A stretch of 64,000 bases of DNA from an uncultured Bacteroidales bacterium (GTDB lineage: Bacteria > Bacteroidota > Bacteroidia > Bacteroidales > VadinHA17). The stretch covers positions 461,571-525,570 of the forward strand of contig CAWHSH010000004.1 of assembly GCA_963831935.1 (NCBI GenBank). Direction: 5' to 3'. Each line of letters begins with the position of its first letter. Within the stretch, counting starts at the first letter, position 1. The notes beneath the pieces were generated by a model. That model was not told the origin of the DNA. It ran no database searches and saw only the letters and a program-made list of their open reading frames with translations. Below, one piece after another: positions 42,843 to 53,003 of the stretch. Both the position numbers and the translations under genes were made by a program.

Positions 42843-44163
42843 AGTTGGAAAGGAATTCTTTCCTGTAGGTTGTTTCCCGTCCAGGAAAATGCTTTTTGAA
42901 AGCATCCTCCGACGCGGCACCATGCTGAAAGCGTCTTTTTGGGAATACAGGCATAGTTATACCTGTAACTGCTTTTATTCCGTCAGAAACTAGCTGTCCC
43001 TTAAGATCATACAACTTTTTATGATCCCATCCAGTGATATCAATGTAGGGAATACCTTCTGAAATCTCGATAACATTTGGCAGGGTATACGGGCTGAATA
43101 CTTCGAAACCAAGGCTGTCTCCGGTGGCAAATGTTCGCATGTAACCCCTGCTTAATCCACCTGAATAGGTTAATGAGTGTTTAATCGAATCCACTCCCCA
43201 CCCTTCATGGTAAAGCATCAGGTTATTAAGAACACTTCGTATTGTCAGTTCCGGATTCTCCTCGATGGGATAGTCCTTCAGGTTTTCGTCACCGCCTTCT
43301 CCTTCAATAATATACTTCCAGTCGGGATAACGTGACCTTATTCCCTGCATAAGCGATAAATTCATGGTAGCCGATTGTATATCCAGGGGTTTATAGTCTT
43401 CTACAACTTTAATTGCTTTTTTCCAGTCGAGAGTCGAATAATCTGCCTCAACCGGTTCCAGAAAAAGCTCAAGACCAAGGGTTTCAAGAAATTTCCTTGC
43501 CTGTATAAGATCGTCTCCGGCTCCATCGATGCTAAGTGTAAATGCTTTAAGTCTTGAAGGGCTTTCCCCAAGCTCTTTAAGAGCATGATAGGTAAGCAGG
43601 AAGACGCTCCCGCTGTCAATTCCCGCAGAGAAGGCCACTCCTATGGGTCCTGTTTTTGCACGGAACTGCAGCCATTTCCTTATCTCTTTGTATAGGGTCC
43701 TGATGTACAACTCCCCTATTTTTGCGGAATTCTCTGATGAAAAACTATTCCGCTCGGGGCTGAAAAACCGCTCATACACAGGATTGGGGTCAGGACAGCC
43801 AAGCAGTTCAATTTTCGTAATGTAGTGAGCCGGGACCATCCTCGTGTAGGAAGGGTGGAACTGGTCAGCCAGACCTTCCCTTGTGAGATATTCAAAAATT
43901 ACGTCAATACGTTCAGCAACAATCAGATTGGGTCCGTCGGGCCGTTTGGCTATAAAATAACGGATCGGGCGACCGATTGACCGGGCCATCCTTATGGTCC
44001 TGCCATCAACCGAAATAAGTGAAAACTGTCCGTCAATCCTGCGTACCGCTTCACCGTCTCCCGATCTGACAATGTCCACTGCCTGCTCATGCGTCATGTT
44101 ATAGATAACATTCTTTTCCGGATTTGTCAGATCCACCACTTTACTTATGTACTTGTTATTCAT
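42835..44163 (-). CDS. Asparagine synthetase B-like ATP-dependent amidoligase lacking the N-terminal Cys nucleophile
   Basis: PP-loop GVAFSAGIDSGS. AsnB-like N-domain remnant (IDGQFSLISVDGRTIRMARSIGRPIRYF). The N-terminus is MNNKY, not MCG. Confidence 0.7.
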   Translation of the reverse strand: MNNKYISKVVDLTNPEKNVIYNMTHEQAVDIVRSGDGEAVRRIDGQFSLISVDGRTIRMARSIGRPIRYFIAKRPDGPNLIVAERIDVIFEYLTREGLADQFHPSYTRMVPAHYITKIELLGCPDPNPVYERFFSPERNSFSSENSAKIGELYIRTLYKEIRKWLQFRAKTGPIGVAFSAGIDSGSVFLLTYHALKELGESPSRLKAFTLSIDGAGDDLIQARKFLETLGLELFLEPVEADYSTLDWKKAIKVVEDYKPLDIQSATMNLSLMQGIRSRYPDWKYIIEGEGGDENLKDYPIEENPELTIRSVLNNLMLYHEGWGVDSIKHSLTYSGGLSRGYMRTFATGDSLGFEVFSPYTLPNVIEISEGIPYIDITGWDHKKLYDLKGQLVSDGIKAVTGITMPVFPKRRFQHGAASEDAFKKHFPGRETTYRKEFLSNYE

Positions 44164-44176
44164 ATCTGTTCTATGT

Positions 44177-45988
44177 TTAAATTATACCTTTTCCCTGCAA
44201 AATTGTTATATACCTGTCACTCGGGATGTCATTATAAACCTCTACCAGGTCATCTGACCAGAAGATCTCAAGCCTATCGATCATTTGTTCCTTACCGAGT
44301 CCGATATGAAGCCTTGGATCGTTGTTCGAGAGATATGATGTTGCCCATTGATTTACCAGGACCTGTTTCCTGCCTCCTGCAGTAACGGTCACTTTTGCAC
44401 TTATTGCAGAAGCAGGTCCGGATTTGCCTTTAAGTGTCAGGCCAAGCCAGTGATTGCTGTTGCCTCCTTCATTTCTGAGCAGGGAGGCAGTGGCTATAAG
44501 GTCGACATGTGATACTATTATATCCAGGTCCCCGTCATTATCATAATCCCAGACAGCAGCGCCTCTTCCGCTTCGTTTGGTTGAAAAATAAGCACCATGT
44601 TCCCGTCCTGTATTTTTAAAATGTCCGGTACCGTCATTTTCCAGCAGCAGGGGATATTGCAGGATAAGTTCTTCTGCAGTTCCGTTTGCCGCGAAGATAT
44701 CCAGATCACCATCGTTATCATAGTCAAAAAGTGCAGTTGCCCAGGTTCCTTTTCCTGCAAATGCTCCGGCTACACCGCTTGCTTCGGTAATATCGCTGAA
44801 TAGACCGTTCCCCAGGTTTTTGTAGAGTGCACCATATGAGAGATCCGAAACCAGCATATCAATCAGGCCATCCCCGTCAACATCACCGATAGTGCCATGC
44901 ATCGAGCCTGTACCTATTCCCTGGCTGTTTGCAGCCACACCGCTGGCAATTGCTACCTCCTGATATTTTCCATCGTCACACCTGAATAAAAAATTAAGCT
45001 GATGATCATTTGCCTGAAAAATATCAAGATCACCGTCATCATCGTAGTCGAATACTGTAAGGCCCATGCATTTTGAATCGGGATAGTAAAGATTTGCTTT
45101 TTTTGTCACGTCAATAAATTTCCCGTCAGGCTGTTGTTCATAAAGCATGGACGCCTGCCCCTTGTATTCTGATGGATGAGGCATTTTACCCGGTGTTACA
45201 GGCGAATCATAAGCAGGATCAAAGGCCAGGAAATTACCAACCATGGCATCAAGCCTGCCATCAAGGTTATAATCCCAGAAGGAAACGCCGATGCTCCATT
45301 TTGTAAAACCGTTCAGCTTTTCGGGTCCTGTTAACCCAACAGAATTCGTAATATCGGAGAATGTCCCGTTGCCGTTGTTAAGGAAAAATACATTGGGCCC
45401 GTAATTCAGCAAATAGAGGTCCTCATCGCCGTCATTGTCATAATCGATTGCTCCTGCGGCCATACTCCAGTGTGTATCGGCAAGACCTGCCTGTCCGGCT
45501 GTTTCGGTAAATGTTCCGTTCCCGTTATTCCTGTAGAGTCTGTCAGGTGTATCTTTGTAGATAACTCCTTCCGGATCGGAAATGCCTTCAAGATATGTTC
45601 CGTTCATAAGGTACACATCCATTAATCCGTCGTTGTTATAATCAAAAACCGTAACGCCTGAGCCGCTGCTCTCCAGGATATTCACATAACTTTTATCCCC
45701 GAAATTGTATTTGAAATCAATACCGGCGGGAGTTGTGACATCCTTGAAAGCAACACCGGATCTCTCATCAGCCGGGTGAAATGAAATCAATAAAACTGAG
45801 AGGATGAAAATATTTAAGAACTTACTCAGAGAGCGCTTAGAAGCCAAAGAAATCCACTGAGTTAAATAAGAGTCCCTCTGTGTGACTCTGCGCTTCTCCG
45901 TGAATCTCTGTGTAACTAAAAAGCGCTCCTTTTCTTTAATAACCATTGGCTGATTATTCACCTGATTAAAAAATTTTTTACCAGTCAC
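44177..45988 (-). CDS. CRTAC1-family protein (FG-GAP/VCBS repeats + ASPIC/UnbV domain), copy C
   Basis: Repeated DYNNDGxxDxY calcium-type FG-GAP units. C-terminal NHWLGLTLKG..YLSNNDPRLHIGLG..IFWSD. The start is uncertain: either GTG at 45988 (GTGA overlap), or TTG at about 45847 just before the signal-anchor helix. Confidence 0.8.
   Translation of the reverse strand: MTGKKFFNQVNNQPMVIKEKERFLVTQRFTEKRRVTQRDSYLTQWISLASKRSLSKFLNIFILSVLLISFHPADERSGVAFKDVTTPAGIDFKYNFGDKSYVNILESSGSGVTVFDYNNDGLMDVYLMNGTYLEGISDPEGVIYKDTPDRLYRNNGNGTFTETAGQAGLADTHWSMAAGAIDYDNDGDEDLYLLNYGPNVFFLNNGNGTFSDITNSVGLTGPEKLNGFTKWSIGVSFWDYNLDGRLDAMVGNFLAFDPAYDSPVTPGKMPHPSEYKGQASMLYEQQPDGKFIDVTKKANLYYPDSKCMGLTVFDYDDDGDLDIFQANDHQLNFLFRCDDGKYQEVAIASGVAANSQGIGTGSMHGTIGDVDGDGLIDMLVSDLSYGALYKNLGNGLFSDITEASGVAGAFAGKGTWATALFDYDNDGDLDIFAANGTAEELILQYPLLLENDGTGHFKNTGREHGAYFSTKRSGRGAAVWDYDNDGDLDIIVSHVDLIATASLLRNEGGNSNHWLGLTLKGKSGPASAISAKVTVTAGGRKQVLVNQWATSYLSNNDPRLHIGLGKEQMIDRLEIFWSDDLVEVYNDIPSDRYITILQGKGII
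45872..45916. repeat. Solo heptamer array (family A, 4x CTCTGTG-type) inside the cluster
   Basis: The string ccctctgtgtgactctgcgcttctccgtgaatctctgtgtaac. It is translated as VTQRFTEKRRVTQRD within the long version of ORF 44177..45988. Confidence 0.65.
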
Positions 45989-48900
45989 TTTTTCCTGATT
46001 GCATTCAAATACCCATCCGTCGTAACCACCCTTGTATTATACTCCCTGATGAACTTTTGAAGCTCAGGATCATCGGGATACTGATCGCTTTTTGAAGGAG
46101 GATAGCTTTTCATTCCGTGAAACGGAAGAGGCAAAACCGTTTTGCCAGACGCGGTATTAAGATCACCGTCTTTCACCCAACCCACACTGCGGATAAGGAA
46201 ATCCCTTTTCCATCCCTGTTGCAGCGGTGGCAATCCACTGTCAGAAAAAGAAACAGTGGTTTCATCTCCTGCGTTAGTTATAATGTACTTATTGTCAGAC
46301 TCTTTAAGGAGAGTCAGCACATCTCCGTACCTTGTATAATCGCCGGTCAGATCCCGCCATCGGGGTTCACTGCTTACTTCTGAATAATCAAACCAGTGAG
46401 GGCCATATCTTCCTCCCTTCCTGTAACTCCTTGAAAATCCCCTGTAATGCAGATCAGCAGCGACGGGGTCCAGAACATTAGATACAACTGGCTCTGTTGT
46501 CAGGCAATCTGAAAAGAAAATCTGATCCCAGTATATTTCCATATTGGTCCTGATCCGGATCCGGTGATCGGGTGTGGTTATTTTACCCGAGAGGTCCACA
46601 ATAACTGTTTTATCCTTACCCATTGGAAAACCTGGATGATCATTCACCGTTTCCCATTCGCCTTTCTTGTTAATTACCTGGATTACAGGAGGTATAACTT
46701 TAATATCAGATGATTGTGAAACAGCAACATTTATGCTGGCATCGGTAGGGAAAATCCATCCGTTCATAAAGAGAAATACATTTCCTGTGATATCCATGCT
46801 CCCGGGATCAAGAATCAGATCATGCAATTCAGTGATTCCCTGGTATCTTGCTGGCTTTAATCCGGCAATGTAGCTGTCATCCTTTTCAATTATAAACGAC
46901 CGGAGGTCTGTTCCGTTTTCATCTGTTACCGATGCCGGAAAATATTTACCTGCAACACTGTAAATCCTTAATTCCGGAAAAGGGGGAGGAGTAAACTGCT
47001 CTGCAACATAAATTTCCGTTGAAGCTGGATGATCAACTGTAACCAGCTGTAATTTATCGAGATATATTGTCTCCCATAATTCTGATGTTACCTGAATTGA
47101 ATAGATTCCGTTATTCGGTTTCAGTAGTTCCCCGGGTATTTTTAAATAATCATCCGAAGCATCGGGAAATGCATAAACCGTTGTGCCTCCCATAATACCT
47201 GAAGGCATGCCCAGCGCGCTTCTCCACAAAATATCTTTTGCAAAAATATATTCACTGCCATCCCAGGTGTAAAGGAACGGGCATGATCCTTTAAGCATCT
47301 GGGCTTCAATGAGCGACTGGTCGGTTTCGGGAAAGAAGATATTCTGCGGAACGCCGTTGGTCCAGGTAATGCGTATTACATCAGCCTTTGAGCGGCTTCC
47401 AATACCAAAATGAATATTGGGATCAGTGACCACCTTTGTCTGGTACAGATCGCCTGACCGTAATTCTACCTTTGCTCCTATACCGAAGTAGTTATTTTTT
47501 GCACTGCCCGCTCTCAGGCCCACGAGTTTCATGTTTATGAAATGGCCTGCATTACCTCCATCGTTTCTCAAAAGGAATACACCTCCGTTAAGTCCTGCAA
47601 CCACTAAATCGAGATCGCCATCATCATTGTAATCCATAATGGCAATCTGCTTTCCTGATTTGATTTCCTGCGGCAACAGCTGAGACATATCGGTGAAACT
47701 GCCCTTACCGTCATTATGATACAGTAACAATCCCCGTCCGCTCTTTTCTGCTGATTCCCCTGCAAAACAAATATCAAGGAATCCATCGTTGTCAAAGTCT
47801 ATAAATGCGGCATCATAGGCATTTACATTCTGAAGAGCCCTGAATACCTCCTTTGTTTTGCTGTTCTTTTCAAAGGTACCATTTCGCATATTATGGTACA
47901 GTTCATGATTGCCACCATTAATTGAAGTGACAAAAAGATCGAGATATCCGTCATTATCATAATCTCCGGCAGTAACAGCTCCGGAGTTCCCATCACTCTT
48001 CAATCCGCTGCCTGGAGTAATATCCTTATATAATCCCTGACGCTGGTTGGAATAAAGAACATTCCCTGTATTTTTATTTACTACAAAAAGGTCAAGATCA
48101 CCATCTTCATCAAAATCGCCAAAAGCTGCGTCAGTGGTAATAAATTTATCCCCTGCCAAACCCATTTTTGCTGCCTGTTCCTGAAAAGTGCCATCAGAAT
48201 TATTACGGAAAAGCAGGTTTGAATTTGACTCCATTTCAAACAGATCAAGGTCGCCGTCATGATCGGCATCGAAGAACAATGCATTATTGCCTCCGGTTTT
48301 GCTGCCGATTTTTGCACTGTTTGTCACATTCTCAAAAGTTCCTTTTCCTGTGTTGCGATATAATAAATCACCTTCATCCCTCACAATGTACAGGTCGAGG
48401 AATCCGTCATTATCGAAATCAGCAAATGAAGCTGAAGTCTCTTTCCCGGAATGTCTGATACCAGCTTCCGCAGAGACATCATTAAAACTACCCATTTCGT
48501 TTTTTAGAAGATAATGTTTATAAGATGAGGACCCGGGATCATAGCTGCCGGCATAAATGTCGATGTCACCATCCCCGTCGTAGTCGCTCAGGGCAACATG
48601 AGTAGAGTACTTAAAGCCCGGATTTTCACCCTCCCTGAACTCTTTTATAATATCCAGTCCTGCAGAGGCAGATACATAACTGAATTTAATTGCACCTGCT
48701 ACTGATTCAGTTGAAACCGGCTTAAATAAAGACTGCTGGTCGAATGTTATCAGCGGAAAACCGATAAGGGAGCCTCCGGGACCTTTTAAATCCATCATAC
48801 CTGACTGGTAAGGAGATGTGACCTTCAGATAATTGTGAAAAATCGTAAAGTTGGTGATCAGGTTTTCCTTATCCCCGCTCCGCAGGGCGGTCATGGTTTT

Positions 48901-49545
48901 ATCGAAATATTCCGCGGCTTCCTTTGGAAATTCAGGAAACTGTTTCCTGATAGTTTCAAGTTGTTCTATTGCCTTGTCGGAATTTCCCCGCCTGATGTAT
49001 ATTTCAGTCAGATTAAGCTGCGGAACTATATTCCCCGGAGCTTTCTCCACAAGCTTTTGCAGGTACTGTTCACGTTCATTTTGAGATTCTTCATCCGGCC
49101 TGTCAGCGTATATTTCGGTAAGATCGTACAGTGTTTTTATATGATCAGGAGAAGAAACCAGTGCCTCCTTTAATTGTGCTATTGCGTCTTCCGGATCATC
49201 CTTCATCTGGTAGACTGTTGCCAGAATCAACCTGATATCAGGGTCTTTGGGGTCAATCTTTATTGCTTTGAAAAGCGTTTTTTCGGCATCCTGGTATTTG
49301 CCCATCCTTAAATAGGTGAGCCCAAGGTTTGCATATCCCATTTTATCTTTTGGGGAGAGGTCGATGAACTTCAGGAATTCCTTTTCGGCTTCGTCAAGCT
49401 TGAACTCTTCCAGGTATGCCAGACCAAGGGTCCGGACTGTTATCAGATCAGTCGATTTCTGACTGTTTTTTTCCGTCTGGTTCCTGCAACTGATAAGTAT
49501 TGAAATGCAGAAACCTGTCAGTAACAAGAGGCTTAATTTTTTCAT
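45985..49545 (-). CDS. TPR + FG-GAP/VCBS + ASPIC/UnbV lipoprotein with about 450-aa uncharacterised C-terminal domain (CRTAC1-type, copy B)
   Basis: Lipobox ILISCRN. TPR repeats (aa about 40-230). At least 8 FG-GAP units (DFDNDGFLDLY etc.). ASPIC/UnbV region (HFINMKLVGL..IGAKVEL..IRITWTNG). The tail starts at GSCPFLYTWDG. Confidence 0.8.
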   Translation of the reverse strand: MKKLSLLLLTGFCISILISCRNQTEKNSQKSTDLITVRTLGLAYLEEFKLDEAEKEFLKFIDLSPKDKMGYANLGLTYLRMGKYQDAEKTLFKAIKIDPKDPDIRLILATVYQMKDDPEDAIAQLKEALVSSPDHIKTLYDLTEIYADRPDEESQNEREQYLQKLVEKAPGNIVPQLNLTEIYIRRGNSDKAIEQLETIRKQFPEFPKEAAEYFDKTMTALRSGDKENLITNFTIFHNYLKVTSPYQSGMMDLKGPGGSLIGFPLITFDQQSLFKPVSTESVAGAIKFSYVSASAGLDIIKEFREGENPGFKYSTHVALSDYDGDGDIDIYAGSYDPGSSSYKHYLLKNEMGSFNDVSAEAGIRHSGKETSASFADFDNDGFLDLYIVRDEGDLLYRNTGKGTFENVTNSAKIGSKTGGNNALFFDADHDGDLDLFEMESNSNLLFRNNSDGTFQEQAAKMGLAGDKFITTDAAFGDFDEDGDLDLFVVNKNTGNVLYSNQRQGLYKDITPGSGLKSDGNSGAVTAGDYDNDGYLDLFVTSINGGNHELYHNMRNGTFEKNSKTKEVFRALQNVNAYDAAFIDFDNDGFLDICFAGESAEKSGRGLLLYHNDGKGSFTDMSQLLPQEIKSGKQIAIMDYNDDGDLDLVVAGLNGGVFLLRNDGGNAGHFINMKLVGLRAGSAKNNYFGIGAKVELRSGDLYQTKVVTDPNIHFGIGSRSKADVIRITWTNGVPQNIFFPETDQSLIEAQMLKGSCPFLYTWDGSEYIFAKDILWRSALGMPSGIMGGTTVYAFPDASDDYLKIPGELLKPNNGIYSIQVTSELWETIYLDKLQLVTVDHPASTEIYVAEQFTPPPFPELRIYSVAGKYFPASVTDENGTDLRSFIIEKDDSYIAGLKPARYQGITELHDLILDPGSMDITGNVFLFMNGWIFPTDASINVAVSQSSDIKVIPPVIQVINKKGEWETVNDHPGFPMGKDKTVIVDLSGKITTPDHRIRIRTNMEIYWDQIFFSDCLTTEPVVSNVLDPVAADLHYRGFSRSYRKGGRYGPHWFDYSEVSSEPRWRDLTGDYTRYGDVLTLLKESDNKYIITNAGDETTVSFSDSGLPPLQQGWKRDFLIRSVGWVKDGDLNTASGKTVLPLPFHGMKSYPPSKSDQYPDDPELQKFIREYNTRVVTTDGYLNAIRKK

Positions 49546-49574
49546 ATCGTCAAAATTAGCAAATTAGGGGGATT

Positions 49575-50687
49575 TCACCTGATGATCACTGGTAGTCCAT
49601 CCTTTACCAGCCTTGTTTCAAAATCTCCTGAACGGTTTCCCTTATCGTCAAACTGAACAGTTCCGGTGACGCCAATGAAATTCATACTTGCCAGCGATCT
49701 CTGAATTTTCTCACGATCGGGCTTCCCGGCAATTATAATTGCCCTGATCAGAACATTCATACCATCAAATGAATAGGAAGCGACTATGCCCGGCAATTTC
49801 CCAAAAGCTCTCTGATATTCCTTCCTGAAGGTCAGATTTTCTGATTCCGGCCAATTTCCGGAAGGGACCAAAAGGATGTCGTCATAAACCTGTAATCTCT
49901 GACTTGATAATTCATTTTCATTCAGAAGCATAACTGGTCCGAACAGGAGCTTATCAATTTTTTTCTTCCGGATCTTACCTATTATTTCAACCGAAGCTGA
50001 AGGATTGCAGAATAATATAATACACCTGACCTCTGGTTTACCTATTTCTTCAATTAAAGCATCGGATTTAGTTTCAAAATCATTATAACAATATTGAACC
50101 GGATCGGGTTTCCCTGACATTTTTCCAAGTTTCAGGAAATTGTCTTTCGCCATTTTTGAATCGTAATCATTGCTGTAAATAATGGCTGCCTGTTTGATTT
50201 TTCTTTTATTATATATTTCTTCTATTAGTGATGCAGCCTGTTGGCGGTCGTTTGGAACGCAATTGAAAAACCATGGAACAAATGCCTGTGACAGAGTTGG
50301 ATCAGTTGCCCATGCCGATAAGAATACCACCTGGGATTTTGTTGCGGCCTGTTCCACGAGGTGAGCATTCCTTCCGTCGTGTGATCCGAAAAGTGCCCAG
50401 ACCTTCTCCTCAAAGATAAGGTCTACAGCCTGTTTGGAACCTGTACCCCACGGACCTTCCATTGACCTGGTCACAAGCTGAAAAGGATGTCCATTTAATC
50501 CCCCTGATTCATTAGCCTTTCTGACAGCCATCTCAGCACCCTGTACTGCTGAGGTATATCTGTTGTCCTGAATTAGCAACCCGATTTTTATTGTGCGGTC
50601 TGAATTTCCCGGATCCTGGGAAAAGGTTTTAATGGAGGTTAAAGATATCAGGAGAAAAAGGATCAGGCAGATCTGAAATATTTTCAC
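49575..50687 (-). CDS. LivK-type (Peripla_BP_6) periplasmic substrate-binding protein, orphan
   Basis: Signal peptide. IKIGLLIQ...GGLNGHPFQLV...VWALFGSHDG pattern typical of the branched-chain/aromatic-acid SBP family. No permease or ATPase nearby. Confidence 0.7.
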   Translation of the reverse strand: MKIFQICLILFLLISLTSIKTFSQDPGNSDRTIKIGLLIQDNRYTSAVQGAEMAVRKANESGGLNGHPFQLVTRSMEGPWGTGSKQAVDLIFEEKVWALFGSHDGRNAHLVEQAATKSQVVFLSAWATDPTLSQAFVPWFFNCVPNDRQQAASLIEEIYNKRKIKQAAIIYSNDYDSKMAKDNFLKLGKMSGKPDPVQYCYNDFETKSDALIEEIGKPEVRCIILFCNPSASVEIIGKIRKKKIDKLLFGPVMLLNENELSSQRLQVYDDILLVPSGNWPESENLTFRKEYQRAFGKLPGIVASYSFDGMNVLIRAIIIAGKPDREKIQRSLASMNFIGVTGTVQFDDKGNRSGDFETRLVKDGLPVIIR

Positions 50688-50699
50688 CTTCTCAAATAA

Positions 50700-50772
50700 T
50701 CACTCCCCTGAGGGGACTTATTGAAAAATGACTAATAAAAGATCCACCGCCAATGGAGTGGATAGGGGGTAA
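50700..50772. repeat. G/C mini-palindrome repeat (family B) inside the cluster
   Basis: The string ctcccctgaggggactta matches tcccctgaaggggactta at 9.35 kb. It is followed by ccaccgccaatggagtgg. Confidence 0.55.
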
Positions 50773-50774
50773 CT

Positions 50775-51662
50775 TCAGGTATTTTGATCATACTCGTTCT
50801 GATAGATCTCCCTCCCCACTGCCTGTGCTACTTTTCTGAGATCGGCCATCAACTTTGAGAATTCATCCGGACTAAGCGACTGCTGGCCATCGCATAAGGC
50901 TTCTTCAGGTTTATAATGCACCTCCATGATGAGGCCGTCGGCTCCTGCTGCAATTGCAGCTTTTGCCATGGCAGGAACCATCCATCTGTGGCCGGTCCCA
51001 TGACTTGGATCCACAATTACTGGGAGATGACACAGGTGTTTAAGCATCGGGACAGCGCTCAGATCAAGAGTGTTACGGGTAGAAGTCTCAAAAGTCCGTA
51101 TACCTCTCTCGCACAGGATTACCTGGTCATTACCCTGGTTAAGGATATATTCTGCAGCAAGGAGAAACTCTTCAATGCTGGCCATCATGCCACGTTTAAG
51201 CAATACCGGTTTTCGGAGCAGTCCCACTTCCTTTAAAAGCGGATAGTTTTGCATATTCCGCGAGCCGACCTGTAGAATATCAGCATATTCGGCAACCATT
51301 TCAACCAGCCGGGTATCCATTACTTCGGTGACAATAGGCAATCCTGTTTCCTTTCTGGCTTCCCTGAGCAACTTTAATCCTTCCTCTCCAAGCCCCTGGA
51401 AGTTATATGGAGATGAACGTGGTTTGAAAGCACCTCCTCTCAAAATCACTCCCCCCGAAGCCTTTACTGTTTTTGCTGTCTCTATCAGCTGTTCCTGGTT
51501 TTCGACTGAACAAGGTCCGGCAATTATAACAATTTCTGAAGAGCCAATCCGGATTTTACTTATTTTTACTACTGTCGGATCCGGTTTCGACTTGCGGTTT
51601 ACCCTTACCGGAACAGAACATCCTCCAATCATTGCCGGATCATTGTAATGATTTGATTCCAT
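50775..51662 (-). CDS. 3-deoxy-7-phosphoheptulonate (DAHP) synthase, type I-beta, stand-alone
   Basis: [48 protein letters not shown]. No fused chorismate mutase domain. Confidence 0.85.
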   Translation of the reverse strand: MESNHYNDPAMIGGCSVPVRVNRKSKPDPTVVKISKIRIGSSEIVIIAGPCSVENQEQLIETAKTVKASGGVILRGGAFKPRSSPYNFQGLGEEGLKLLREARKETGLPIVTEVMDTRLVEMVAEYADILQVGSRNMQNYPLLKEVGLLRKPVLLKRGMMASIEEFLLAAEYILNQGNDQVILCERGIRTFETSTRNTLDLSAVPMLKHLCHLPVIVDPSHGTGHRWMVPAMAKAAIAAGADGLIMEVHYKPEEALCDGQQSLSPDEFSKLMADLRKVAQAVGREIYQNEYDQNT

Positions 51663-51682
51663 TGTATATTCTCCTTTAAATA

Positions 51683-52994
51683 TTAATATCCTGTTCTGGC
51701 TTTTTTATAAATTTTATCACTTTTCTCCAAGGGAGGAGCGGGTGAAAATATAAATTTACCGTTATTGATCTCTGCCATGAATATTGGTCTTATATTGTTC
51801 CAGGTTGCATCAAAGATCACTTTACCCGTAACACCCTGATATCCCTGGAAAGTTTTCATATCTGTAAGAATATCACGGATCAATACCCGGTTTAAGCCCA
51901 CTTTCCGAATGGCTTCAATTATCATGTTCATTCCGTCATAGGCATGTGCGGCAAACACATCCGGCTCCTGGCCAAATCTTTTTAAATAGTTGGCTTTAAA
52001 TGCTTTCAGTTTTGGATCGTTCGCATCGGGATTATACTGGCATGTGGTTACAATGCCTTCGGCCGATTTACCTGCAATACTTAGAAATTCTGCAGATAAC
52101 CATCCTGTCAGAACCATATACCGGTTGGTTCATTCCCAGTTCCCGGATCTGCTTCAGAATCAGAGCCGATTCTTTGGCATTTCCCCAGATCTGAATCGCA
52201 TCCGGTGAGGTTTTCTTTATTCGTTCCAGCTGTTCTTTGAAATCAGTCTCTCCATCGTTGAAACGTTCTTCTATTACCAGGGGAAAGCCTATACGTGTAG
52301 CTGAACGGGTAAAATGCAGGATTCCCACTCTCCCATAACGGTTGTTGGACCTTATTACTGCAACCCTCGAGTGTCCGTCTATTTTAAAAATACGGTTAAC
52401 AAGAGCATAACTGCTTTGCCGGTCATCAGGTATGTTACGAACGACCCATGGTATTGCTGTTTCTGTAAAAGTAGGATCGGGATCACCGGTGTTGACGTTT
52501 GGGATCTCAAGTTTTAAAGTTGCTCTTATTGCAACATGTGACACTATATCATCAATTGATCCCAGCCATGCCCATACTTTTTCATCGTCCATTTTCACTA
52601 CCTCATTTGCAGCAGCACCCCATAGTCCTACATCGTTGTGTATCATCAATTTAAAAGGCAGTCCTTTATAACCTCCCCTCTTATTTGCTTCTTCAATGGC
52701 AAGCATTGATCCCTGAAGCATCTGCTTTCCCAGTGATACTAGGACTGAACCCTCCAGTGGTCCGAGAAAACCTATCCTTACTTCTTTAATGTCAGTCGGA
52801 GGGAGCTTTTCACGACCGGCACCGTAAAACTGTACAGGTTCGAGAAAATGATATTTATAGGCCTTCTGATATTTGTCAAAAGCTACCAGCTCATCCGGTA
52901 TATTGCCATAGTTAACTTTTTTCTCCTGTCCATTGGCAGATGAAAAGGCAGCTAAAAAAATAGAACTTATTAAGATCTTAAATATTGGTTTCAT
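51683..52994 (-). pseudogene. LivK-type periplasmic substrate-binding protein, second orphan copy, one frameshift
   Basis: Fragments 52068..52994 (signal peptide, VRIGFLGPLEG..GGYKGLPFKL) and 51683..52117 lie in different phases. Confidence 0.7.
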
Positions 52995-53003
52995 ATTTAA
53001 AGG

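Noticed and set aside
42835-44163. Lasso-peptide cyclase (an AsnB homologue lacking the N-terminal Cys)
   Set aside because: There is no transglutaminase-like leader peptidase, no RRE, and no plausible short precursor ORF adjacent. The partner is a radical SAM enzyme instead.
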